Assembly (NCBI GenBank): GCA_051362555.1
Contig: CM120649.1
Location: 15,202,067 to 15,266,066, forward strand
Length of the DNA stretch: 64,000 nucleotides
Source: Lingula anatina
Taxonomy: Eukaryota; Animalia; Brachiopoda
Reading direction: 5' to 3'
Below are positions 12,938 through 25,442 of this stretch, one piece after another; the first letter of the stretch is position 1, and the number at the start of each line of letters is the position of its first letter. The translations under genes were made by a program, and so were the position numbers. The notes under the pieces are model-generated. The model saw only the letters and a list, made by a program, of their open reading frames with translations, was not told where the DNA came from and ran no database searches.

Positions 12938-14316
12938 TTAATGGAGTGACGCTTGGAGAAGTTTGTAAATTTCCAAAAATAATCGGTCGACATCCTTACA
13001 CATTCTGGGTGAGAGATAATATGGCTACTTTCATCTACACATAGAATTCTGTTTCATAGATGAGTTACAAATGCACTTTCTTTTCAAGAGAATTGAGAGC
13101 AAGTTGTGCCGAAGAATTTATAGCCATAACTGGTATCTACACAGTCACGATTTGAAGTGATTTCAAGGCTTTTTTTTTCGCAACTAAACCATGCACAGAT
13201 TATCTGGGCACTGTCTCAGCATAATCGATTCTAGACAAAACTTTCAGCCCTTTCAGCTATTTCTCTTGAATGTATGTGATTATTCAACACAAGTATTGAT
13301 TGCACTGTTTAAACTACAAGGCTTTAGAAATAAGTCAGCAATTATTGAGACTTAAAAGAATTAAAGCAATCAAAATAAGCACGTTCATGAGGGGCAGAGT
13401 TTTTTACGCTCAAGTAAAAAAATATGCGTGACAAGAAAAAAAGGCAGTTGAATCCAATTCAATCCTATTTAATCTCAACAGCCTTCAATTCACTGTATAA
13501 TCTGATATTAATGACGTTGTGTAACGATTGCCTTTAATCCGGTCGAAAATCAAGTGGTTCAAATCGTTTGGTTAATCTAATAGAGATCAACTAATTTGAC
13601 GTTTCAAGTGCCGGTGGACTTGTCGTAGGAGAGCGTTTCTCTGCATGAAGGTATTTTGGTTGTGTAGGGGATCGTTCCTAATAAAACGATCGTTCTACGC
13701 AGTTCGATCCAACTCCACGGGGACTCTCGCGATGAACAGATTAACACTGCTTCTTCTGAGTAGAGTAGAGAAAAGCTGGTGATTGTATATTCGTTGAAAA
13801 CAAGGGGAAGCGTGTAAATCTGATTGCATTCCGCGAGTGTCCACGCTGAGTAAGATAGATCTACGCAGAACGATACCTTCATTGGTAATGGGCCCTAAGA
13901 TAGCCGGGCCAATATGTGACGGAGGTTCGTGCAGAGGAGTTAACAAATTGAAAAAGGAGGAGGGCGAAGGGGAGGGGGTCACTAACTGGGAGGATAGCTG
14001 AAAGTAAGAATAGAAACTTAATGTCAGAAAAGTTTTTGTTAACAGAAGTTTCAGTTAAAATGGAGGTGAGAAAAGGGATGATTTTTCAAACACACACGCT
14101 TAAAGCACATTTATATGATTCTCATTATTGTGCATTTATAACTATATAACCTCCATGTATATTGTGAGATCATATCCGTTGTATCAAAATTTAGCTGTAT
14201 CAGAGAAGAATTTCATCGGCTGTGTTATGATATAAGAATGAAGTAATTAATCTTCAGTCAACAATACTGAAATAGCTTTACCTCCAATATTTCGATGTCT
14301 AGCAGAATATCTTCAT

Positions 14317-14330
14317 CAGGGAATTCCCTG
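14317..14330. promoter_or_regulatory. Palindromic NF-kB/Rel consensus site (GGGAATTCCC)
   Basis: CAGGGAATTCCCTG is a perfect 14-bp palindrome in the interval between the divergent lectin B and BRICHOS genes. Motif match only. Confidence 0.35.
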
Positions 14331-15070
14331 TTGAAGATGTATTGTGTCAATAAAGAAACTAAATGAAATCATTTTTAACTTGAAACCAGAAAATCGCCTA
14401 GCGGAAATATTCATTGTGTTTTGCTTTGGTTGTCATGACTACGCAACGCTTACGGCCCAACCACTCCTGTGAAGATCGTGTCGGAATGCCTTATGAAGTG
14501 ACGTTTTATCTCTCTCCTTAAATACCAACGACGTTGTTGCAGCCCACTTGACTTCTAAACACCAACATTTTGGACATATTTGAGATATTTGAACGTCCAA
14601 ATTCTTTGTTTTTAAGATGAAGATGACCCGTTTACCAGTAAATTGCATAAGGAGATGGGTCATCGCTCTATTTTCTACGGTCAGAACTTGATTCAGACAC
14701 ATTTCTTTGGCAAAGAAATACTTTGGTACCAATAGAGCTAAAGTGCTTTTTGAAGAAACTAGTACTGAAAATACACCTATTTATTCAACAGTGTTAGTGT
14801 CATAGCTTACAGCACTGCGTTAGTAGGCTGAATAAAACTTTGATTTCAAAAAGAATGCACAAGGTGGCAGTTCATGTGATTAAAATGTCCCTATTATCCT
14901 ACCTAATATCTTACGTCTCAACAAGGCCTGGTGTGTAATTCCCATGTGACTTACTAGGGAAATGGCGTGAAAGTGCGTTTCAAAGGGGTGCCAATTTTTT
15001 TTAAAAATTGTGTGTTACCGTTCAGTTAAGTCCTTTAAAGAACAAATGGCCGTAAACCTACCCATATGTA

Positions 15071-15296
15071 CTGACAGTCAATGAAAACGCATCATTTATT
15101 TATTAAATAATATTTTAAGTTCCATTGGAACATTAAGAAAATAACTATTTTCGTGTGAAATATGACCCATTATTCAGTCAAACAAGGTGACTCTCTTATA
15201 ACCAAACAAGTGCATTTGTACTCGTTTATATGGTTGGAATCGATTCTCGGTAAAAAAAAAGTACAAGTTTTCTGATGCGTTTTCATTGACTGTCAG
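15071..15296. mobile_element. Tc1/mariner-type MITE
   Basis: Perfect 24-bp TIR CTGACAGTCAATGAAAACGCATCA at both ends, with a TA duplication at 15069-70 and 15297-98. Confidence 0.85.
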
Positions 15297-15596
15297 TATG
15301 CATTATAAACGAGCATGTAATCAGTTTAACTGACAGTTGAAAAATACTTCAATATTGCTTAAAACATACAGTTGGCTTCAGGGATTTTTACATTCATTCG
15401 ACTTTCTCTTCTTTTCCTAATTATTCTCACACCTTGTACTTACACATATGTTGGACACACACAAAAAAAAACATGTCTTTTATTGAAACAAGAAATGAGT
15501 TCATAAAAACCGTTGCTGGCTCCTAAAGAAAAATGCATCGTGAAGCGGTTGCCAGAAAGATACGAGAAACAAAAACAAAATCACGGTTGTTAAAAG

Positions 15597-15634
15597 AAAG
15601 AAGGAAGGAAGGAAGGAAGGAAGGAAGGAAGGAA
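15597..15634. repeat. (GAAG)n microsatellite
   Basis: Tetranucleotide run. Confidence 0.9.
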
Positions 15635-15974
15635 AAATTAAGTGTGAATTTAAGTGAAAATTCGAAAATTGAAAAGATTGTGCTACGGTAAGAAAAAATA
15701 GAAAGCCAAAAGAAAGAAGGAGAAATCTTGTGTTCGGCTACAATAAATGAATGAATGAATAAATGAAGAAAAAACGTAGAAAAACGCCCAAAGACCCATT
15801 TCCTCCATCATTTTGTAATTTTGTAAATTTTCTTCTCGGTTTCAGTGACACGACGACCTCTGGCTAACATACGTGCTGTTGAATCACTATTTGTTTATTT
15901 CAGCGCCATCGAAACGATAAACTACTTGAGATATCTTTCATCGCGAATTAATCCAAGCCTAATTTATCACGAAA

Positions 15975-15995
15975 CGGAAGCGGGTATATAAAAAG
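15975..15995 (+). promoter_or_regulatory. TATA box with adjacent ETS core for the BRICHOS gene
   Basis: CGGAAG (15975-80) is followed by TATATAAAAAG (15985-95), ~340 bp upstream of ATG 16333. Confidence 0.6.
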
Positions 15996-16332
15996 TCCCA
16001 CTCCAGTCGCTGATTACACTTTTCGATACCAGTAATAGGGTTAGGTAATTGAAGGGGGCGACTGATGAGTCTCCAAGGGTGTTTTATTGAAACAGGAGCT
16101 CTATAAGGGAACGCCGGTCTCTCAATTCTTGTGTTACATTGTTAATATTTTCGTCACTTGGCAAAGGCTGTGGTTGAGGAAAAACAGTTATCGGGAAAGA
16201 GATCTAGAAGAGGTGGATTGTAACGGTGATAGTTTTAGTAGAACTTGAGTAAGGCGTTAGGAGAAGGCGTGAAGATAACAGAGCTGCAGTTGAAGTTGAC
16301 CAAACCAAAGATTTCAGATAAACTGACTGAGG

Positions 16333-17242
16333 ATGGCACAAAGATTAAGTGTGGGCTTACTGATGTTGGCCACTACGATCTTCGCTTCACCGCTGGTGAG
16401 TTTATTTTTCTGTATTTTATCTCTCGGTAATGAATTATGAAAGCACAGAGAAAATTATTTATCCGTGGCAAAAAAAAAACTTGAAATGGCACTCTTCTGT
16501 TTAGTTTGAAGATTTTTTTTATCAAACTGAAAAAACTGTCAAACCGATATTTTAAATTTGTTTTGTTCTTATATTTTTATATCTTATTTCTATTCCATTA
16601 CTTTAACCTTCAGTCTTTCTTTCTTTCATTCATTTTTTATTTTCATTATTGGACTAAACTGTGTGTTTGGAAATAAAACAAATAACAGGATGTTTATGTT
16701 TTAAGTGGTATGAAAGCGAGTGGCTTTTAAAAGAGTCATTCTTTATGAAAGGCTTTCTAAAAGGCATATCTTTAAAAGGCAATTTCACGGAATAAATCAT
16801 GTTTAAGTTAGATAACTATGTTTGCAGTAAGCTATTTCCAGGTTGTGAGGAAGGAAAATGGTGCCATTTAATTGTCAAGAAAGCATAATCTTCACTCACT
16901 TTTTGTCAGTTTAGAATATAAATTTAGATCTTTGCTTACTTATTCAGTTTTTATTCTGAAAAAAATTGACAAAATACTTTGCGTGTCATGTGATATGTGT
17001 CTTTAATGTCCACAAAATAATTTCATATATATTTTGTAAACTTTTTATATCAATTAAAAGAGGTGAGCGTTATAAATTGGAACTTTACTACAATAATGTG
17101 AATAGTTTCTTCCAATGAAACGCTGGGTGTTTTTTTATTTCAGTTACCTCTGAAATATATTTATCGTAAAGCTGCAGCTTGCTCCATTTTCTTTTATTCA
17201 AAATTTACTTTAATTTTCAATTCAAAAACCTTCCCTCTTTAT

Positions 17243-17317
<75 letters not shown>

Positions 17318-20300
17318 CAAACAGTTTAACGTCTAATGTTTTCAGCCATACAAGGCGGAAATACCCGAGGTCCGCTGGGCTCCGCCTAAGTTCGGCCCGC
17401 CCAAGATAGTCCGCGAAGACAGCGCCAAGTTACCAGATAGCCACACTAAAGTGATCAACGCTGTTGGAAGTGACCAGGCTGTTGTGCTGCACGACAGGAA
17501 CGCTGTGAGTCTCACTAAGAATAAAACCACTTTTAAGACGGGTATCGTGAGATGTTAAGATATGCAGTGCCTTTTTCTTGAAGTATGTGATATACATTAA
17601 AGAAGAACCCAGATATTAACGCCTTTCAAAAAGACTGAGATACACTTTTACTGAAGATTTTCAATATTTTGGACTCTCCCTGCAAAACGTCTTCATGGCA
17701 TACCATACGCGTTTGAAAATGTTCCAAAATCTTATTCAAATATTGAAATATTTTTCAAAGATACTGATCTTTTCTAATTCAGTTCTTAAAATGATACATC
17801 TCATCAAAAACATTACCTTATTTTGATATTTCCTTATGAAATGTAAGAAAGACTATGGTAGTCTAAATACTTGGCCAAACATTCAGAGCTAATTATATCA
17901 TTTGCAGTGGTGAAAGAAACAAGTTCAGGGAAGGATTGAATGATTCTCGAGAAGGAGATAATTGTTTTGTTTTTTCGAGGAAAATTCTATTCGGCGGGAA
18001 AACCCCGGCTAGGGTAACATCATGTTAAAATTTGCTTTAAAAAGTTTTACGCCCACCTTATCATATGTTTGGGAGTAACCTCTGTTGGACGTATGCGTTT
18101 CAAACGGAGGCAGACAGTCTCACAGCCAACTTACTCAATATCAAAAGAAATTTTTGTCAATAAAAGCAAATTGGCTGTCCCCTCGCCTACTTTTTGGGCC
18201 ACCCCAGGTAACTGTATAAAAATTTGTTTCAATTTTTATTCACACGCACTTTCCAATACACGACGGAAGAGGCCTTTTTAATGATAGATACATAGGAATG
18301 AGTGTCTCCAATTCTGAATAAAGATAATGACTAAAACTTCATCACGTCAGGACAAATGGGATACCTTCAGGCAAATCGTTTTTCTACGTGCTCCCTCAGC
18401 TTCCATACAAGCTTAAACTTGTTAATGGGCAGTTCAAGGTTTAGCTGGGCAAAGATCTGATATCCCAATGCACACGAATATCAAAAGGGTCTATTTATTG
18501 TGGTACCAATATGGGGATTAGCCAAGAAAAGGCGCATTACGCTTGGGTACACGAGTAACAGAAAAGGGATGTTTGTTTTACTACGAACGATCTAATTATA
18601 ACGCTGATACTAAATTGAGTACGGGATAGAAATGTGTCCAAATGTCAAGCCTTAAAAGTCAACATTCACATTGATACATGTGGCTATATTTAGGAAAATA
18701 TTTCAACTACCAGGACGGTGTTCTCCTGAATTGGCGATTTTCTCCAATTTAGGATAGTCATTGGATTAAGGTTTTCAAAGGAGACGCCTTTGATTCAAGA
18801 AATATTTAGCTCAAATGAATAAACAAAATTATATCCGAACAAATTTCATTCTATGGCCTGAATCTAATATAAAATTACTAAAGCAAACTAAAGTGAAATA
18901 TCGTTTCCTTTTTTCATGATCTTGCACGTTTGTGCCAAATCACAATTTTAAAATAACGACAGCGAGAGGGTGAGTGTACATGTATTGAGTAAACAACGAA
19001 AAGAAAAGAAACGACAGAGCGATTTTTAAACAAATTACAGGTAATGGACTTTCACTTCTAGGATGCTATCTTTTTTATTAAAAACCTGCTGTGGATACCA
19101 TTCCTCAGGCCGACCGAATTGAAGGCAACATTTTGCAATTAGCTCAAGATTGTTATAGTAAAAAATGAATTAACGAATCATTGAACTTCACAGTGTAAAA
19201 CTTACCCACCTTATAACTGAGATTTTGTAACTTCTTAACTTTAATTAATTATCGCTGAAACTTATTATTATTATTATTATTTAATATGTATTCTATTTAT
19301 TAGACCATAGTCAATGTACTGAATTTTTAATTAAAAAGGTACCGAACTTTTAATAAATCGATAAAAGAATAGGACAGAATAACTGAACACATAATAATAT
19401 ACATATATTTATTCCAGGGTTTAACGGCTATAAAGGATGAGACGTTGGGGGTCTGTTTCGTCACCGAGTTCGACCCGGAGTGGTCTCTCACTGCAGAGGA
19501 AATGCAGGAACACTTAGTGACGGTGAGATGTGTTCCAAACAAGAAATCAAATAAAATTGATTTTCTGCTTGAAAGTGAAAAGCAAATAACGAATAACGGG
19601 CCTGTGACCTGAACGTACTTAAACACTGTGTCCAGAAATCTATAATTATTTTAACAGTTGAACTTTATTTATTCGTTAACTTAATGATTAATTCGTAATT
19701 TCAAGTATACCATGGAATCGATATGATAGTCTAACATTATAACTCTTTTGTCCATAAATATTTCAGCTCGGCACCGAATTCATGGACATCGACGAAAACC
19801 CCGAGCTTCGCCAGGAGGCTGGCGAGCTCATCACTACCTTGTGTGCCAATATGCGGACCTTCTGGCTCATACCACGTGAAGCGCCTCCACCAAGGCTCGT
19901 GAGCCAAAATGATGTCAACCAGATGGTGACGCCCATCGGCCCCCGCTTCATCGCGACCGACGTCGTGCCGCTCCAGAACTACCCCGTTCAGAAACAACGT
20001 CGCCCAGTACCAGTACCAGTCGACGTAGAAGAGCCATTGGAGCCAATGGCGGTGGCCCCACAGCCCCTTCGCCTGAAATCAGGGTCACCAGACAAGCTCA
20101 CGCCGCCTAAACTTGCAGTTCCTTCTAAGAGGCCTGCTCTCCCCGAACCTGAAGAGCCCAGCTACCCAGTGCCGCAGCGCCAGATCCCAAGTGAGCCAAA
20201 TTCCGTTCCCAACCGCATTGCTCCACAAAGAAAAGTCCCAACGCCGCCAAGAGTCGTCCAGCAGCCTGAAGAACCTTACAGAGTTCCACAGAGACAAGTC

Positions 20301-20810
20301 CCCTCCAAAATTCCTCAGGAACCCGAGGCACCTGTTCCCAAACGCCCGATTCCTAACAGGGTTGTTCCAGAACCCGAGGCGCCCGCCCCTCCACCCAAGG
20401 TACCCACAAAAAAAGCGCCGTCATCTGTTCCACAACGCATCTCACCACCCACAAATGACCAGGAGCCAGAACCGCCCGTCCCAAGACGACAAACGCCAGA
20501 CGATCTTGAAACACCTTTTCCAGTCCCGCAACGCAGAGTTCCTCAGAAACTGCCAGTAGTGGAAGACCTTCCCTCTTATCCAGTTCCCAAGCGACAGTCG
20601 TCCCCGGTGCGGAGTCCTCCCCAGCCAGCGTCGAATGAGGACGTAGAGTATCCAGTTCCGCCCCCTCTTCTCCGCAGCAGGAGATCAGCTTCACAGCAGG
20701 CCCGGAGCAAGAAAGATCCGCAGAATATTGTATTTGAAATCGGGAAAAGGGTTCTTGTGATTCCATTAAATGGGCTGAAAAATCACCGCTACGTTGTTTT
20801 GAATAACTAA
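16333..20810 (+). CDS. Secreted BRICHOS-domain precursor with long Pro-rich repeat region and furin-released C-terminal peptide (456 aa)
   Basis: join(16333..16395, 17346..17504, 19418..19522, 19767..20810) = 1371 bp, with three phase-0 GT-AG introns. Signal-like MAQRLSVGLLMLATTIFASPL. BRICHOS signature AVVLHDRNAGLTAIKDETLGVCFV...AGELITTLCANMRTFWLIP has the conserved Asp and both Cys. Pro-rich repeats follow, then RSRR at 20673-20684. AATAAA lies at 21583-21588. Confidence 0.88.
17248..17317. repeat. (TA)n microsatellite followed by poly-T
   Basis: Lies directly upstream of the exon-2 acceptor of the BRICHOS gene. Confidence 0.95.
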
Positions 20811-21952
20811 GGACTGGGTTGATGTACCTGCTGAAAATAATTTGTTACGAAGGACGGAATTTTTGACATCTTATGCGTTTTCTTCATGGATAGTTATTAT
20901 CCGGTATATTTTACAATTATCAAGAGTGTTTTGAACTTGCAAAGAACGTAGTTGAAATTTTTAACTGCATTGACTGCGTTCTCGTAAAACGCTTCCACCA
21001 AATGTTGGTGAAATTATATTTTTAAAAGTATAAATGTTTAATTCTAATTCTCTGTCGTCCAACGTGTGCGTCTCCTTTGAGATTTTTTTCTCATATAACC
21101 GCTAACTTAATTTACCAGAAATGAATTTTATCGTTTTGTTTTGCAAAATGCTATTTTTGTTATTTTACAAAAGAAACTTTTATTTTTTGGTCGCTTTTTA
21201 TTTTGCTGCTTACGCTAACACAATTTGCTTTTGTCAGGTTTTGAAATGAATGCATAAACGGCAAAGAACACTTTCAGTAATCTTCAGTTGGCTGTCTTTA
21301 TATAATCAAACGCACCATTAATCAATACATAGACCATTATTTTTATTATCACTAATATATTGAAAATGTAAGTTCCTGCAAGTGCTTTATTTGTTTAATG
21401 TGCCTTGTTTGTTCTGATTTATCTTTTTAAAGAATTCCCTATGCAAGCGAACGATTGTTGCTAACTATCACCAGCTATTCTTGTTATTGTTTCTTGGTTG
21501 AGCAACGTGCTGTTCCGGGTAAAACTTGATATTTAATTTTGGACAATGTTTGTATGTTATATTGAATGAATATGATGGAATGAATAAAATGACATACAAT
21601 ACGAATACAAATCACTTTGATTTAGTGGGATTACCTAGACTACTACTATGCTACAGTCGTTTTGAGTCATGGTCTTAGTCCTGTTGAATTAGATCATAGT
21701 CTTATTGAATCCAAGGGAACACCTTTTCATAGTAACAATTCATACACGTATACTTTGTGATAGGAACGCTTCTCATCATTTAGATAACTTCGTCATGACA
21801 ACGTGAATCAAACTGCAAATTGCTGTGGGGAAAAAGGCTTATAAAATGTCTATAACTTATTGTGAATATTTACATTATACCTTACCAAGCATTAATAGCC
21901 CAAAACATTTAAATGATACATTTTCGCTCTGTATAATTATTGAACAATTTTT

Positions 21953-21986
21953 TTATTATTTATTTGTTTATTTATTTTATTTTATT

Positions 21987-22045
<59 letters not shown>

Positions 22046-22049
22046 TTTT
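21953..22049. repeat. (TTTA)n microsatellite
   Basis: Tetranucleotide run. Confidence 0.95.
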
Positions 22050-25000
22050 TGTGAGAGGGCGTCACCTGAAATGTCATCAAAATGATACCGCGTAAAGAAG
22101 TTTTGATGACACAGACCCATTCAATTTAGCCATATAAGAAGATTATAAACAATAATTATTGAAGGTGGCACTAGTTACGTGCCGGACCCCCAGGCACACG
22201 TGGGGGTTTTGTGATCAATGAAGATTTCATTGTGAGTAAAGACGTTTGCTTCATTAGGATTCCCTGATAAATGAATCTTAAAGAAGTAACTGCCTTCTGA
22301 ATTTTTACTCTACAAGGAAGATTTGAATGTGAAAGGTGTTTCGAATTTCTGAGACGCGTTTACAGACATAAGAACTATAGCAATATATATGCTTTTTTAA
22401 CAACAGTAAAATTTCAGAGTTTTTTACTCCTCTATAATTGATATTTACAGATCAATATTCTACCAGTTAGAAGAACTTGAATTCCTTAATTACTGCAACT
22501 TTCAGTGCAGAGCACAGCTATTAACATTCTTTGCTGATGCAGATATAAATAAATGATCCCACACGTCATAGACATATACGAAAGCAAACGCCGGCCTTCC
22601 TCTTTGAAATATAGAAGTAAAATCGAAATGAGATGCCAGCTAACCTTTGGAAAACTGAATGCTGAAGTGTTAAACACACTGCTAAAGATTGCTAAAATGC
22701 AGTAGGTGAGACAGCGGTCGCATTCTTCACCAAATGTGAATATTCAAGAGTTGCGATGGTTGATGTGAAACCTGACAACTTGAGCTCCCTGGCTGCGATA
22801 ATCAGGAAGCTGTGTTTGCATACTAAGTCAGTGTCTGACTTTCATCATTTAGATTCTAAGTGATAAGTTCGTCGAAGTCTGCTGGCTTACAAGTTATGTT
22901 AACCATAAAATTTGCAATATTTTCTATTTTGTCTTGAATTTGCTGAGGCAAGGTAGAATAACCTTGTGCCATCTATACATTATAATATGTAAAGAGATAA
23001 AATAGAAACCAGATGGGCATTAAATCTGCTGACCTTGAACTGACAAGTGGACTATTGCCATACAACCGAGCCTTCTCGTATTATGTCATTTTTTACACGA
23101 AAATTGCGGTGTCTTGTATCCTTGAACTCTCTAATGGGTTTTTTACCCGGCCCTTGACCTTTGTAAATGTAACTATCTGCCACAAATACTTCGTTCAACT
23201 CTGACTGATCGTGCCTTCAATAAAGTATCGTGATAATATTTAACAGAGAGTCCAGTAGATTTATATATTGGTGGATTCTTAGTGAAATTATGTGCCCGCA
23301 GTTACAGCCCCACCCCCTCAACACACACGTGTACTAACACACACGTGCATGCGCGCACACACAGAAGCATTGATACACACATACTCAAACGAAATCATGC
23401 AGGCACGCTCATAGTCAAATGCGCGCGCGCTCGCTCTCGGTCCGGCGACCCGAGGTTTGAGAGGCCCAGTCGATGGAGCAATTTCTATAATATTTGATAT
23501 CTCTGTGAGCGACGATCTAACTTTTCATACCTTCAGCCTTGTCTATGCCCACTCAGATACAGTGCAAAGACTATCGCATCGCTTCAGAATATTAGACATA
23601 TCTATTTGTAAAACAGTCGCAGCTTCCCCGATTATCGGAGGATGAAAAATACTCAGTTTTCCAATTTAGCACTAGAGACAAATTTTTTCCATAAAATATT
23701 ATTAGAGGAAGGCTATGCACTGGCTGGATTAACAGGTCATTCGTGTTAATGTCACGGTACCCTTTAGCCTATGTTTATAAAGCCACAAATAGCCAACATA
23801 CACAGCAGCTGTGGTGGTCATTAAACAGCAAGTGTTCGTCTCCTTAGTACCAATCTGTTTCCACTTGATGCCATTATAATATACTGCACTCTACCTGGCT
23901 GGTCAAGTCGAGGGCCCTACCAAATTTTTTGACCTTGGCCATGTCCGTGAACTTTAGAACGCCACCAGGAACTTCACTCAGAGCACGCTGTACCCTGATA
24001 TTCAGGGTAATTATGATAGCGTGTTACACTCACCGTTGCTGGAAATGGTGTAGATTACAGAGGCTAGATTGAAACAGAATCTGAAACCCAGGGTGACAAA
24101 TACGATGAAGGACATGCTAGTATTTAGCCTGTAAACATGTTTTCCTGGACATAGGCGCAGTCGTGCATTGATAAACTGTCTAGACTTACCGGTCATCGGA
24201 GGACACCTGCTTTATGTCATGCTGACCGCGCGTTTTACAGAGAAACAAAAGCTTAGTTTTTCTGGTAAAATAAAAACTTCAAAAAATATCATATCATAGA
24301 GATCACAGTGTTACGACTGCTGTTAGAGCTGCATAGAGTTGTCATTTTTTAGAGTCGTTCATTGAAGAAAAAATTCCACTTACAGCTGTAGAATTTAGAC
24401 ATTTAAAGGTTTTTAGATTGATGATATGGGGAAATTGCTGAAGATCCTGGGACAATTAATTGATTTGGCATATATAGGTAGACAGAACATGGGGAAGTTG
24501 CTACTGACAAACTGTAAAGATATAACCCTTGTCCATCTATTGAAACAGAAAAATGATTTATTAAAAAGACAACGAGGGTGTTGTTTATCTATGAAAAATC
24601 GTTGGTGTTTCAGCAAACAGATGATTAAATCAGTATCTCAAGGCAAAGAACAATAACATCCGTCCCAAGTCTTAATTTAAAGATTAAAACAGATAAATAA
24701 GATAAACACCATACCGAAATATCTTTGTCTTTTCAAAAATTAGTTCAATCTAATTCCTATAAGCCAAAATAAGATCCATTTGGCTTAGTTGGTATTTCTG
24801 TTTCGTAATGAAAATAATGACCCAGTAATGATGAATTTCATTTGGCTAGTTTGGACGAAAAGAAACTCTCATTAAAGCAATCTTTCCCCAGCATTTCTTA
24901 AAATAATTTCAAGGAAAAACAAGAGAATGGTAACAGATCACTACCAGAGTATATTCAATGAAAAGGGGTTATTGCTGATTCTCTCCTCAAGTGAATCGGA

Positions 25001-25442
25001 TCATTTATTTAAACAAACTGCTGCCTCTCTCATAAGGGTAATTGAACATTCTTGAAGTTCAGCTATGCAAATGTCAGGAAACTAATAAACCTCATATTCA
25101 AGTTAAAGAAACAGAAATTGTGCTGGCTTTGTAGAGATTCAGCAGGTGATTGTTTATCTTTTTATTTCGTATTCTATTGTCTTAATTTTGTATGTTCGTT
25201 CATATTCAGTAAATTTTGAAAATAGCTAGATGAGAACACAAAACTGCACTTCACGTATTTATGCTGTAAATAGAGAGAAAAATTGAATTTAACATTGTTT
25301 ATTAAGACAGACTATCAAATGTTTTTCGTTTACTAGCAACATCCTCTTACGCATTTATAACAGATTGGTTCGACTTTCTGAACAAAGGAGGTCTAGGTCG
25401 ACTGATTTATTAATTGTTACAGGTAAGGGCACATTCGTCCTA

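Noticed and set aside
13604-13982. Two overlapping minus-strand ORFs (92 and 95 aa)
   Set aside because: No recognisable domain, no splice partners, and they overlap an inverted-repeat structure.
16245-16430. 61-aa ORF over BRICHOS exon 1
   Set aside because: It has a non-ATG start and runs through the donor site. The frame from ATG 16333 gives a signal peptide in phase with exon 2.
20085-20766. Overlapping alternative-frame and antisense ORFs in the Pro-rich exon
   Set aside because: These are shadows of GC-rich biased codons with no motifs.
19782-20810. Stand-alone 342-aa Pro-rich (titin PEVK/extensin-like) gene
   Set aside because: An in-frame acceptor at 19766 and three upstream exons supply the signal peptide and most of the BRICHOS domain, so the ORF's Met is internal.
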